From: Epiperipatus broadwayi
Taxonomy: Eukaryota > Animalia > Onychophora
DNA length: 64,000 bases
Direction of reading: 5' to 3'
NCBI GenBank assembly: GCA_028023455.1
Contig: JAQFVV010000003.1
Span: forward strand, 16,368,001-16,432,000
In this document: piece by piece, positions 13,277-27,805 of the stretch
How positions within the stretch are numbered: position 1 is the stretch's first letter
Layout: each line of letters opens with the position of its first letter
The notes under the pieces: model-generated
Seen by the model: the letters and a program-made list of their open reading frames with translations, nothing else
What the model was told of the DNA's origin: nothing
Database searches by the model: none
Program-made: the position numbers and the translations under genes

Positions 13277-15953
13277 CTAGATAAATAGATTTTGAAAAAA
13301 ATATTATTTATAAAAATATCAATTAGAATTCACTTTTAGTGTGTTTCACATTACCACTTAATTCCTGTAAAATTTAATATTTGAATCTTTAAAAAGGTAG
13401 TTTTTTAACAAAAATAAAAAAATTATAAATCAATATATTTCTTTTCACATCTTTTAATAACAACAATTATTCATTATATTATTTTTTTATATATTTATAT
13501 ATATATATATAATAATCATATAATCAAAATTCTATCTTATGGATATTTGTACTCTATCTTAGGAAAAGTTAGTGAACAATAAATTTAGATAACTTTTTTT
13601 TCACTCATGACATTAAGAATCACTATCTTCCTTTTAAATTATTTGTATTCAGTTTAAACAGTTTCTATAACTTTCGTATTATTTTAAAAACTGCAGTGTG
13701 ACATTTAACTACATATAGCTTTTCCTAATTAATAATTCAGAATATGATAATTTTGATACTAATTTAGTGCTTATATTCATAATAAACCACATAACCTTAT
13801 TTATATACATATTTTAAATTTTTTGTTACTTGTTTTTAATTTTATTTATTTAATTTGTACATCTTCCTATCAGTACTATGTAGTTTATAATTATTTTAAT
13901 TAATAATTTCCAATTTTTTCTTTAATTTTTATACATTGAGATGAAATCTTAAATTCGTTTTTAAAAAAGTATATGTAATTTTATTTATATCTTGTTTTTA
14001 AAAAAGTAGAAAAGTAAAATAATCTAAAAATAAAAAAAATAAATTTGGTCTATAACATTTATAAAGTTATATTGATGATTTATTTACGTGGTTATACTGA
14101 TAATTTTAATATTGTTTAAAAAAAAAAGTGACGTATCATTTTAACTCTATATAAAAAAATTAAATAAGTTATTATAAATAAAAATAATTACAATATGATA
14201 TACAATTAGATACCAATCAGTAACCACCTAAACATTCACAGTAAAGATAGTAATCAATATTTCTCACTGCTGTCAAGGCAACCTTCTCACCTTTTAATGG
14301 CAAGAATGGAAATCCATTCTTACTAATGGTTCATTGAATATATATGGACACTTAAACATTGCAACTTGACTACAGAGTATGAAATATTGATACAATGAAG
14401 TTTAAATAAACCTCTTTAAACATAAAATAAACATGTCACTGTAATGCAGACTAATAAATAGTCAATTATAACATTACAAACTGCAATACTTTTAAATTGC
14501 TTAGGTATTATTTAGAAATAATAAGTGATATATATATATATGTTAAATATTTTCACAAATTAATTATGATATAAATAGAGGAATGAATGGAGTTATTTCC
14601 CTGTAATGACTAAAAAATTTGTTAGGATTGGTGTTGTTAGCTATCTATTAAGTATAAATGGCAGCCTTCCAGCTAAAACATTTAATTTAGTATTTGTCTT
14701 TGATTTATTTAGAAATAGTTTTATTTCTAACTTAAAATGTTATATTGATTAAACTCAAACATTTATTTTTATATATGAGAGCTTAAATCCATATAACATT
14801 TTGGATTAAAAATAGAGGACCTCTTTTTATTTTTAAATAAACCCAAGACAAAAAAAAAAAAGACTACTGTGAACTACTAGAACAATATTCTCTAGTCATT
14901 TCATGGAAATTACCTCATTAGTATGTTTGCATACAGCATGTTATACTAAATAGATTAAAATACAAATACATAGATAGGATATGTATAGAATGTGTGTATA
15001 TGTTTACAAAAAGCAGTAGCATACTATTTATGTAAAAACCTAATATAATAAAATTTTGTACAAATTCTGAAAAAAACTGCTAGATAGCTGAAATTGTTAG
15101 GGTTAATATCTTGATTAAAAAACATTGTAATTAAAAAATACAATAAAATAAATGCACTAAGTTGAACTTGTCAGAAAATTAAAAAAAAAAAAGAGCTGCA
15201 CTACTTATATTTTTTATTCATCCTGTATGTTGAAAACTATATTATTGCCTATAATTTATTAATAATATTGCAAATTCTCTTTGATATATGTTAATGTTTT
15301 CTTATATTTAGTATTTATTTACCTGAATTACTAAATAAGCATTGTTTTGATAATGATGGAATTAGTACTGAGAACAGAAATCTTTGCATCAGTTTTGCTG
15401 ATATTTTCAGAATGAGTATAATGAAATATTAAACAGCCTGGTAAAATTTTGTAAAAAAACTTTTAAGAATAAAGGGAATGAAGACTGAAGCAATAACATC
15501 ATAGCCAAAATAAAAGACTAAAAGCAAACAATTATTAGGCACAAACTGTTTTATTGAAGATTGAGTTAATTAACTATGAGAAATATTCTGTAATAAAAAT
15601 TTGCATGATTCCACAGATTTTTAATAAAACTAAAAGATTGTTCTGTAGTCTGTTGAAAGTAGATTTACTAAAGACATTTTAAAAATGTTTTATTAGATGT
15701 ATAGCTTTATATTCTAAATGGATGATTAATAAAGAATGTAAAAATTTGAAAATTCTAGAAATGCAAATTTATTAGCAAAACATTTCATAACTATTCTCTG
15801 CTTACATTTAACACATTTTTATAAGAGTTCTTTTCTCTCTAATTCAAAGTCATTTATTGTAAGCATAAATATAGTTTTTGGTGTAGCATCAGATCTAGTA
15901 ATGATGTAAGCAAATTGAGTTTGGTTCAAGATATTTGAGTATTTTTGAATATA

Positions 15954-16809
15954 CATGGGTCTCATTTTACATGGTAGATAGATTCCTCAGAAAACGCGCA
16001 CAAAAGAAATTGCACAAAAATAAAAGTAACTTACCTTGAAAAATGGGGGATAGGTTCTGTAATTTTCAGAAATCGGCATAAAAGCAAAGCAACAAGGAAA
16101 AATTACTTTAAAATTCACATTAAAAAAATAAGGAAATAAAGTATGACTAATAAAAAATTTCAAATATTTGAAAAAAATTATTACAAGACAAACTTTTTTT
16201 ATTAACTACAGTATTTAATTTTACATTTTTTCATAGATATTTTAATCATTACCATTATTTGATAATATACGTTCGTTTGTGAACTAATAAGAAATCAGAT
16301 TCGTGATGTGAAGTACAACTAGCGCCACTTTCAGTCTTGTGCTGTGTTAATGGTTTTCTGTTTTTATATTTAAAAAAATAAGATCGCAATCAAAACAAAA
16401 AGATTATACATTATCATTAGAAAGATTATTTTCCATTTATAAAATCAATAAAATCTTGTTATTATTTATTTTAAAAATCTAAAAAAATTATTTATTTCTG
16501 TTAATATCTAACAAAATATGTTTTAAAAGTTTAAAATTTTTGAATATTTATTGCGATATTTTTATATGTATGTATAAATCTATTATTATTTACTCATTAG
16601 TATAAGTAAGTTATTTACATAGAAGCTAATATAACGTTATATTTTTGAAAAAAAAAAAAAAAGTATTTCAAGTCAAAATAAGTTATTAATAATTCAAATT
16701 TCTTGATATCTAATAAATATAGAGAAATATGAAAGATATTAAGAAGAAACATGAATCGCATAACTTCAAAATCGCATTAAAATAATCCGCATAAAATGGG
16801 ACCCAGGTG
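15954..16809 (-). mobile_element. Non-autonomous Tigger/pogo-like DNA transposon, copy 1
   Basis: TA flanks at 15952-15953 and 16810-16811. Imperfect TIR CA(CC)TGGGTCTCRTTTTATGCGG resembles Tigger CTCGTTTTAT-GCG ends. Both ends match 39521-40845 in the opposite orientation. Confidence 0.8.
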
Positions 16810-17754
16810 TACATCATAAGACTACCATTTTTTTATGCTTACACAACCCATTAAAATAGTAGCAACTCATTATATAATAGTCCACTCAGTGCAGACCATC
16901 CATTGATTACTATGACTTGCACTGTTAGCACTATTCTATGGAGAAAATTACCAGTTTTATATTTTTGAATTCCATATAATTGTTAACTTTATAAAAATGA
17001 AATCAAAAGTGACTATTTGATGTGAGATTCTTTAAGTCCAGAAATCCTCACAGATAAGGGGAAACGAGTCAGAAATTGTAAAGAATGCAGATATAAGAAC
17101 ACTATGAAATCTATATATGACTCACCACAGGTTTAATGCCAAAAGGAGTATATTTTCTCTACTAGTAATAAAAACTGTATCATATAATAATCATACTTTT
17201 TATTTTTTTATAACCAGTGCATAAAAACTTATCTTAATAACACATATTAGCCTAAGATATTTACACTCCAACTATATACAATTAGTCATCTATTAATTGA
17301 CTACTTTAAGATAGCTAGCTAAGTTAGTTACAGCCATCCCTACATAACTTTATGAAGGTTAATTATTACAAGGTTACCATTTAATCAACATCACCTCTTG
17401 GAAATATGAACAGTATTTTTCCATAATGATCTACAATATTTTTTAATTTCCACTCACCTCATTTTTGATTTTCTTCTTTCATCAACAATCTTTCTAAGCA
17501 TCATATATTTTTCTAATGAATTAGACTACCTCATAATAAAAAAATAAAATAAATTTAAATTAATTTCATATCTAATCTGTTTGAGTACTTATTTGCTAAT
17601 ACCATAATTTTAAATATAAGATGTGGCATAAATGGAGTTCCCATTAAGTAGATAATTGTATTATTTCCTTAATATGATTAAAAAAAGTATTGCATTACAG
17701 GTAAATACTGACAAAAACAAGTAAACATATCTGTAATAAGTGATATTAACTTAC

Positions 17755-17812
17755 TTGAAAAATCAGCCATGCCAACACCTATAATAATAATTGACAGAGG
17801 AAGAGTAGATGC
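17755..17812 (-). CDS. CPNE: Copine exon (ASTLPLSIIIIGVGMADFS)
   Basis: AG/GTAAGT, 58 nt. vWA motif AS.LP.SIIIVGVG.ADF. Confidence 0.97.
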
Positions 17813-19470
17813 CTAAAAACAATCATAAAAAATATATAGACTATGAATTCAAGTGCTATATATATGTATATCTGTATATGTATATATATACACATATAAT
17901 GTAAATAAAAAACATTCTAAAATAACAACCAAAGCATTTCATTTATATGACATTTTTTGACTGGATTAAACATTGATTAATCCATCCCAAAAACATTACT
18001 ATTATATATATATAAGAATGTAAATTTTTAAAAATACATTTTCATATTCATTAATAATTTTTTTTAGATTGATGATGATTTTATTACAGTAAAAAAATTC
18101 CATTATCATAACAATAAAAATTATGCATTTTAATAAAGTAAGGTGCTTGCTCATTATGATGTACCATGATCTCAAATATTAAAACAAATTGTATTAACAA
18201 AAGATGGAAAGTTAAAGACAAACTGTTGCTGATGATAATCTAATAGTGTTACGTGAATCATAAAAAACTATTGCCTAACTTGCTTTGGCCAGCCATCAGA
18301 TAGAGAAACTAACATACATAAATTAAAATAATAAATGATAAAAATATATAAACTAAAAAATAGATATATATATTTCAAAACAAAGGGAAGCACTTGAAAT
18401 ATGGATGTTTTTTGATATTAAAACATATCATGAAAAAACTAAGGTCTTCCTAGTCATAGAAAGTGTAAACATTTTTGTTCTTCTTAGCATCATCAGCTGC
18501 ATTAGTCAGACAGTTACTTTGGTAATGCCTTTTTTTAACAATTCTTTCCTGCAATAATTCTGGAAATGTTTCTTCCCAGAAATGAGCTATTTCATTCTGG
18601 TTTATTCATTTTTTATTTATCTATAGATGCAATAGAAAATAACATTATCATTAGTCATGTGATGAAAGGTAAATCCCAATTTATTACCCAAATAATTCTT
18701 TTAAAATTCTCCCATTCTTATTTATCATTTATCTATAATGATGTTGGTCTTCAAAATCACATTTATTTTCCAACTTTTTAACTCTCTTCCACAACAATCT
18801 CCTTCACCATATTTGTGATAATAAATTACCATATCTTTACGCATATGCTCAATCCAATTTCTTGTCTATTTCTTAATTTTCTCAATCTTATTCTTTTCAT
18901 CAACTCTATGTTCCTAATCTTAATTTTCTGGCTTATTTCATCCCCCCCCCCCCAAATCCATACTTTTAAAGTCTCCAAACTTTTCTCCTCCATTTTCCTG
19001 TTTCTTACAACTATTTTCTAAATAAATCATTTAACCAATCTCTTTCTGAAATTTAATTTCAATGGATAATAATACTCTTAATAAAATAATCATTTGCAAT
19101 TGCTTTTAATGACCAACACAGATTCTTGAGGTGAAAGTTCCAAAATTGAAGTTAAACCCATATCTTTTTGGTATTTGGACATCATGCTTCTAATTGCAAC
19201 AAACCATTTCATTAATAACAGAAAGTTTGTGTGTTTTGTATTGCTATGATAATATAAAACATATTTATAGGTTTTAAAATTGAGTATTAGAAATGGAATC
19301 CAGAAAATTTTTCTCTGTTGTTGTATATGTTTTAGGCATATTGATTTAGAATATATTTATACTTTTCTAACACTAAGAGCCAACAAAGATATGAAGACAG
19401 ATTTCTAAAAAATATTTAACAAACATACACAATGAATAGAAAAGTACAATGACAAAGAAAAAAATCTTAC

Positions 19471-19573
19471 TTTAACAATAGATTCTTTTGTCTGAAGCAT
19501 ATCTGTGATTACTCCATCAGTAATGATCAATAAGATAAAATACGCTGATCCATCCATTACAGCGGAAGCAAAT
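19471..19573 (-). CDS. CPNE: Copine exon (R|[34 protein letters not shown])
   Basis: AG/GTAAGA, 103 nt. Carries YF.LLI.TDG.I.DM..TKE.IV including the MIDAS Asp. Confidence 0.97.
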
Positions 19574-22327
19574 CTAAGAAATCAGAATCAAATTTTAGTG
19601 CAAAACTTAATATTTTTTTTCATAATATATATAAGACATAAGATTAGAACTTTCATAATTAACAAGATAATGAGGAAGAGAACTTGTAATGTACTGGTTA
19701 ATGCATCCATCTGCCGGTCTAAGCTTTGAGTCCAGGTTGGATGAACTTTAAAAATTTTTTAAGATTATAGATGGGTTTACAATTTTTCTTTCAGATAAAC
19801 AGCCCACAAACCAAATCAAACTAACCATCCAATGAGATCAGTAAATAAATTTATAACTAACTTTAGTTACAGAACAAACAAGCCTGGTTTAAAGGAGTTA
19901 TTCATATGAATGATAATAGGACTGATTTTAAAAATAAAATATATGACATAGTATGATCCAATCTTCTCTATTTGTAAAGGAGGTAATGTACTCCTACAGG
20001 CACTGAGGCTATAGCAACCTTTACATTTTCACACAAATGAGATTGTGTAACTAATATGTTTTGCTAATGTAGAATAAGATAATTCATTATAATCATGGAT
20101 TATGAATGCAAAATTTATTATCATCAGCTATAATAGCCTAATGTAAACAGGTAAAATTTTTCAGAAGAAGACAAACTATATATGCTGATCATGAACTTTG
20201 AATCCATCATTCTACTTTAAAAATTTTTATAAGCTATCCCGTGCAGATAAAATATATACTAGGCAATTGGCAGATAAATTTAATTAGCCATTATCAAAAT
20301 TTAATGTATTCTTTAAGTTAGTTATTGAAAGTGACTACCATAATTAAAAATCATACTTAATACAAGTTTACAAAAAAAAAAAAAAAAAATCAAGTCAGAT
20401 GTCACATGACCTAATTTAATAAACTTGTATTTACAAACATTAATACAAGTTTATAGTTAAATAAATTATATCATCTAAATTATTTAATTAATAATATAAA
20501 TTTATATTGAATCAAATTACATGATATATAAATGATTATTTGCATTTTCTTTTAAGTATTTTTAAATGTTAATACACAAATGGCTAAAAACTACAAAATG
20601 CTTCAAGACCATATTTTTAGAAAATTGAAGTCAGTAAATAAATTTATCTCTCATATATATATATCCAGAAATAATAAAAATATTTAATTTTGACTTACTA
20701 AAAACATCTACTAGGACTTAATGAAGAACAACTTCACAGTGGATAGTTAGCCAAAATATATATCATTTTAAAAAATGTTTAAAATTAAATTCTAAATATA
20801 AACAATTGTAGAATTTATTAGTTAAAGATGTAAAATTAAAAAATGTTTCAGTTAATAAACTCTTTAAAACACTATGAAGATGATTAAGCTTTTTGCATTC
20901 AGTAGAGCAGTGGCTGAAAGAGATTTCATTTTAATGCACATGGATGAAAAATAGATCTGATTCAATGAGTTTGATTTAGCACAGTGATAAAAAGGAACAC
21001 TCAAGAGTAAAAGGTTTGTGGACCAATTGTCTGCTTAAAAAAAAAAATCAAATATCTATTTCATCAATTGATATAACCATTGAACCTAACTTGTCACTGA
21101 TTTGTTAAAATATCATATGATCTCCTGAGCAACAGATTATACAATTATAATTATATTTTTAATTTATTGTGAAAAAAACAAGTTCATTTAATAAATTATG
21201 ATTGAATTTTAGGTATACTACCTACAAGTATTAAAAAAATAAAATAATATTTTATTATATCAAATTTTTAATTATTCAAATTATTTCAAATAAGTAAAAC
21301 TTAATAATAGCAATAATAAAAAAGAAAAAGATTTTTTTTGAAAGATCATGTGACATTCAAGTTCTAGAAATGATAAGTTAAACTTCAATACCCAACAGTT
21401 TATAACTTATTTTTGATGCTCAAATGTTACGTGATCTCCCAAGGAACCAACTACATAACAATAAACTTAAAATAAATCTGCACGTATATATTCTTTTTTT
21501 TTTTCTTAGAGGACTGATTAATAAAAATCTACCAATGCAACACTGATTATAAGTGTGTCAGTAATGGTTTTTGGCAATGATTTCTTACTTTTGTTTATTT
21601 ATTGATATATTAAACAAGTTTCATTAAAAATAAAATTGCTGTTTTGTATTTAACTTTATCATGATCCACATTTTGTTCATATCACTGAATGATAAAACTT
21701 TTGGAATAAGTTTTTTATGTGCCGACATATCTTGTTGCACCATCTATAACAATATCCATATTTTATTAATTTTAAGACTTTTAACTTTATCATTATTAGA
21801 CGATTTTATTGTATTTAATACCTTACCAATTTTTATGCACATGCATTTTACTGTATTTATAATACATCCACAGACAAATATGTAGATAATTCTCTAGATG
21901 GACTAATTATTCTGAATTTTTACGATCACAGAAGCTTCTTCTATATTAAAAAAAAAAATTGTTACTTTTATAATTAAAATTTGTTATTACTATTTGTTAA
22001 ATATTCAGTGATTTTTATTTAAAATGATAATTTTTATTTAGTCATGCTTTGATTATTAATAAAATAGAAATTGTATGCAACTTTATGTCAACAATAATTC
22101 AATTTGAAATATTGATAAAAATGATCCATATCTTTTCTTATTGATCATATTATAATCAATATAAATGTTTTATTTCAATTATTTTTGTATTTAGTTACAA
22201 CTATATAACAGACTTCTTCTAAATCTAATTTCTTGTTGAAAAAAATATTATATATAACAATAATTCAAGATAATTACACATTTTTTCAATATATAATTAA
22301 AAAAATTTTCTATTTGAAAAATTATTG

Positions 22328-23968
22328 GATAATAGTATGAATACTAAACCCTACCGTTTGATGGCACTTTTTTCGCCCAATGCACATCAATATACTGATT
22401 CACGGGCCGTCTGTTTGTTTACATAATATTACGGTAAAAGATTTTTTTTTTGTTAGCATAAAGATTTTTTTTGTTTCAACCAGTTTTTAATTTCTGTTTA
22501 GTTTACATAATATTACGGTAAACCACCAAAGTTGTTTTTTTTTATTTGTTTTTAATGGTCTAGGGGTGTTGGTTTGTTTTTAAATTATCGACTAACTGTC
22601 CATCAGTTTCTTTACATAATATTACTTACGGTAAACCAAAGTTTTTTTTTTCACCTGGTTTTTTTATTTGGTTCATTTTTTAAAGAAACAAACACTTTGT
22701 TTTTAGATGGTGTTAGGGGTAACAAATACTTTGTTGTTTTTAGATGATGGAGGAGGGGTTGGTTGTTTGCTTTGAAGTGATCTTCTTTTGGTTGATGTTT
22801 TGATTTGCTGAAAGACTTCAACAATTCGGTACTTTTGAATAAACCAACACTTGGTTTTTTGGAGGGTGGAGGGGTTGTTTTGATTTTGAATTGTCTTTTT
22901 TTTTTTTGTTAATTTATTACGAGGTTTTTCTATTTTTTGTTTCAAATCTTTACGCTACAGAAAGCTATATTTATATGATAACGAAAAGTTCTTCCTTAAT
23001 TTTTGGGCTTTAATTTTAAAAAAGACATAAACAGTTGGCAGGGAAGGTTTGTTTTGATTTTTAATTATCGACTTCTTTTTGGATTTTCTTTTTTAGCATT
23101 TTATTGTTACTGCACAGTTCTTTATTATTATTTTATATATATTGGGTGGGGCCTTTTGAATAAACTTTTAAACACTTCTTTTTTTATTCTGGTATTTAAC
23201 TGTTAATGAAACATCAAATATTATCTATCTACTTTCTAATCATGTGAACAACCAGCTTCCCATAAAATAATTTATTGAATCAAAAATAAATGAAACTTTG
23301 GACAAGTTGTGAACCAAAACAAGTAACAAAAAAAAACACCATTTTCGGGAGCATAAAAAAAAAAGCCAAAAGTGACACGCAAATAAAATAACAGGGAAGC
23401 CTCAAAGCTGTAAGAAAACTAACATGCAAATAAAATAACAGGGAAACCTCAAAGTTGTAAGTAACGGAATTTTGGAGCCCTCAAATCAACTTCTCTTACA
23501 GTTCTCGCATGGATTCACACGTAAACTGGCATTTGCACACGAAATCGGAAACAACTCTGCTGAAAAGAACCTTTTCATATTGTGTGCAGTTCAAAAGTGT
23601 GGGGAAGCATGTGTGACGACATGAGAATTCTTAATATGGAATACTAATTCCACTACGCTTTCTAAAAAATTTCCGACAATGAATTTTTGCAGAGTTTCGC
23701 CTCTTTCAAATATGGCCACCATTAAATCAGACTATAGTGAGAGTTCAAGAGTGCTCACTTGACGAATACTGTCACAATGCAATGGGTGTAGTATTTCGTT
23801 ATGTAATCGTAGAATATATCGCCCTCAGGCGGCCTGATACAGCTCAAACAATACCTATTGTAGTGTCAGCCATAAATTAAGGCCACTAAAACGGTATATT
23901 GATGTGCATTTTGTGAAAAACAATGCCATCAAGCAATGGGGTTGGGGTTCAGTATTCATACTATTGCC
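22328..23968 (-). mobile_element. TIR DNA transposon with 8-bp TSD, probably a decayed Merlin/IS1595-like element
   Basis: TSD AATTATTG at 22320-22327 and 23969-23976. Termini GATAATAGTATGAATACTAAACCCT vs GGCAATAGTATGAATACTGAACCCC (21/25), with imperfect inversion extending ~80 bp (TGCACATCAATATAC..GGCC). Minus-strand remnant ..CKRS*FEGSKIPL (~23460-23500). The TIR element is secure; the superfamily call is less so. Confidence 0.7.
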
Positions 23969-26900
23969 AATTATTGTTCTACAAAAAAATGCCTTTAAAC
24001 GCTAATAAAGTATTTTCTTAAAAAAATTATCATTCATTTTATACTTTTTAGGTTTCTTTTTAAAGTGAAACAGAAATAAAAAAAATAAATTATGCAACTG
24101 TAATCGATTACAGAAATTACTTTGAACATTGCTACAAAACTAACATCTCAAATTCACCAAAAATTAATTTTTACTTGCAAAATAAATTAATAATTGACAT
24201 TCATATGTAAATAAAACAACATAAAAAAACTGTTAGAATGTGTGTATATATGTATGTATTATAATAAATAGCTTGAAACTTAGTAGTATGTATAAACTAT
24301 TGAGTTTGATTCCAGATTCAGTCTATTATTGAAATTCAGTTAATTTTAAAAGGTAGAGGATGATTGTTTAAAGCAATGTTTCTTAATAATGTTCTCAAAA
24401 GTATTAATGTTTCACTAACTTCTTAGAATACTACATAATTATACTAGATTATTAAGGGAAAAAAACCCCAAAATAACCAAAACTATACACTAACTGAGAA
24501 ATATTTAAATGAATTGCAATCTAAATTGCAATTTGTATTTCTGATGAATTACCTACATTCACTGAATTTAACAATCTTTTTTTTTTTTTGTAGTTTGTAT
24601 ATGTATACATTTGGTTTGTGCAATATGTAAAAACATTATAAATAAATTCTGATAATTTAAATTTGGATTTCTTATTTCTTACATTAGGTGAACTTTTTTA
24701 TTAATAAATAACTAATACTCATTTTTAAATTTTAATATATTTATATCATCAATTAAAATCTATTCGAAATAATTGTTTACCATCATCATAGTATTAAATG
24801 AATAAATTTATTAAATGAAAACATAATTATGACTGAAGATATAATAATAAAACAAGTACAAGTAGTAGTAGTAACATTGCAGCTAAAAAATGTCTAATAT
24901 AGAAGATAAAATTACATATAAAATAAAAAAAGATAGTAGATAAAAAATATTCAAGTTTTGAATTTACTGCTATATAATTTTTAATAAAAGACATGTTTGT
25001 CCATATTTCTATTGTTAGATTTATAATTGAATCTTCTTGAATATACATATTATTACATTTGATGTGATTTTGTAAAAACTAATAACTACTGGTTTTGAAT
25101 GATCAAACAACTCATGTATAATAAAATATTAACACTTAATTAATTATTCTTAGTTCATGACTCTTTTTTTTTCCTCACAAAGATAAATCTCAGAGATCTG
25201 TATATATAAATCTAATGATAAATTAGAGCATTCACAAAGGAAAAGATTCTCTACATTACCTTTCAGAGATAGAATTTAAATTAGCTTAAAGTATTTGCCG
25301 AGTGTGCTTTCAATATGAAAACTTCAAATATACTTTTGGCAAGAATTTTAAGCTAATTTTGAAAAATTATTAAATGCTTTAATTTATTATATATATATTA
25401 TCCAGGTTTATTCATGTTTTGATTAGAACATATCTGTCATCATCTGGTTAAGAAATATTGAGAAAACATTAACAACGTGCTATAAACAATATGTAGAACA
25501 AGATTAGAGATCCATTCAATTTTTTTTTTTTTTAAAAAAAAAAGCTGTAATAGCAAATAAAAATATTATGTAATTAACAGTTGTTTTAATTGATGGGTTT
25601 AAAAAATAATTTCCAAAAGAGGTAATTAAGATATATCAATGCATTTGTTAAAATAGTATAGTCTCTTAAAAATTTTAAAAGCCTTTCTGTTTTCCATAGC
25701 GGTGAATGCTCTGCAGAGTATAGTGCAATGGTAGAGTGTTAAAATGATGAAAATTCTCAAATTGATTCCAGTGCTGACACTTCTGATCTCTGAAGCATTA
25801 GTCATTCAATTACTTATTTATCAAATCTTAAAAAGATCCTAGTATTAGCTAAATCTTTTGAATAACATGGAGGGAGAGTGTTGCTGATAATTTCTTATTG
25901 CATTAACATGTTCATGTTATCCAGCAACTCATATACAAATAAAAGGTCCTGTAAACTCCTCATGGGATTTCATAAATTCTCTCGACTCCAAGAGGAATCA
26001 AAAGACTTTACATTTTTATATTATAGTATTTCAGAATAGTTCCAACAATATCTGTACTTTATATATATATATAAGGAACACAGTTCTAACAATTATTGTT
26101 TTTACTTCTTTCAGTTTTTATAAAATTATTACTATTGTTTTGAGTCTAGAATAAGACTTTCTGCTTCTTTTATTGTAATGAACGAAACCTTAGTAACATT
26201 TACCTATGTGTATGCCTTTATTGAAAATTGAAAATGACAAGAAAATCATACTGTTTTTTGACAAAGAGTTCATTAAGAAAGAAATGCTTTCCTTCAGTGT
26301 CTTTTTCTATTGTGAGTGTAATTTAAGAATGGATATTGTTTATACGTGAAAAAACAAAATTACAGTTTATCTTTACCGTGTTGCCAGTTCACAAACCTGT
26401 CATCTATATACCTAAACCATATAAATGGTTTAAAAGGCTCTTATACTCTTTATAAATAAACCAGTATTCTACAATTGGCAACATTATAAATCAATATTAG
26501 GCATTTTAATGGGTTTTCCTATTTCTGGAATGTTAATTGATTTATTTATAGAGAGCACAGAAATTTGTTTTAGAATCAATGTTTTACCCCATCTATTTGG
26601 CTCAGTTGAGATGTTTGTTATCTTGCAACATAGTAAAGATAAGTTACACACTTTTTTTCTCAAAGATAAATAGAATCCATTCTCATAGTGGAAATAAGAG
26701 TGATGGGAAACTTCCATTTCTTAATGTACTCTTCACCAAAAAAACAGAATGATTTCATATAATATTTTTATTTCCAGGAAAAAAAACACAGTCAAAGATA
26801 GATAGTTAAGATTGTCATGTCATTATCACACAGCTCAGATTTTTTTTTTGTAACAAAAATTATCTTATATAAGCAATTCCTTGATAGCTAATAACTAGCC

Positions 26901-27586
26901 CAAAATAATAAAAATAAAATAAAAAAAACAAAAGAAAAAACAATACATGTTGAAATTTTTGTTCTTTTATAAAAGAAAACACAAAAAATAATGGCAATAT
27001 AACATAAAAACCATGAATATTAATAATAATAAAAACAAATACTAGCAATCTATACAAACCCGAGGATTCTGCCTACCTTGAGATCCATAGAATTTATGAA
27101 AATCCATATGGAATTTGTGGTGCTCATTCTTCAATATTATAGAAAATGATTCACCACAGATTTTTCCAATACCAAATCTTTTCCACATATGATATTCACA
27201 CCAAAGAAAAGGTTCTTATTTTAAGAAACTAGATTACCAATAAATATGATTTTATATCTAAGTTACATTCCAACTGGAAAAGTTCCTTAAAGATCACTAA
27301 TCAAGACAACTGTTAATTTTATTAGATTATTCAATCACATCACTCCCTATCCATATCTTCATACTTTTTTTAAAAAAATTATTTTTACTGGATGAACTTT
27401 TAATCAGATTCTACAAATTCCTTGTAATAATTTTCAAAGTGTTTTTTGAAATAATATTCCTTATTCAGGTGATGTCATGTGCAATTCAGTAGTAATATCA
27501 GTACATGTTAATTAAGCACAGATGAACTAGAGTAATATATCTTTTGAAACCCATTGCCTCTGAAAATTTTCATCTTAATATAATTA

Positions 27587-27805
<219 letters not shown>

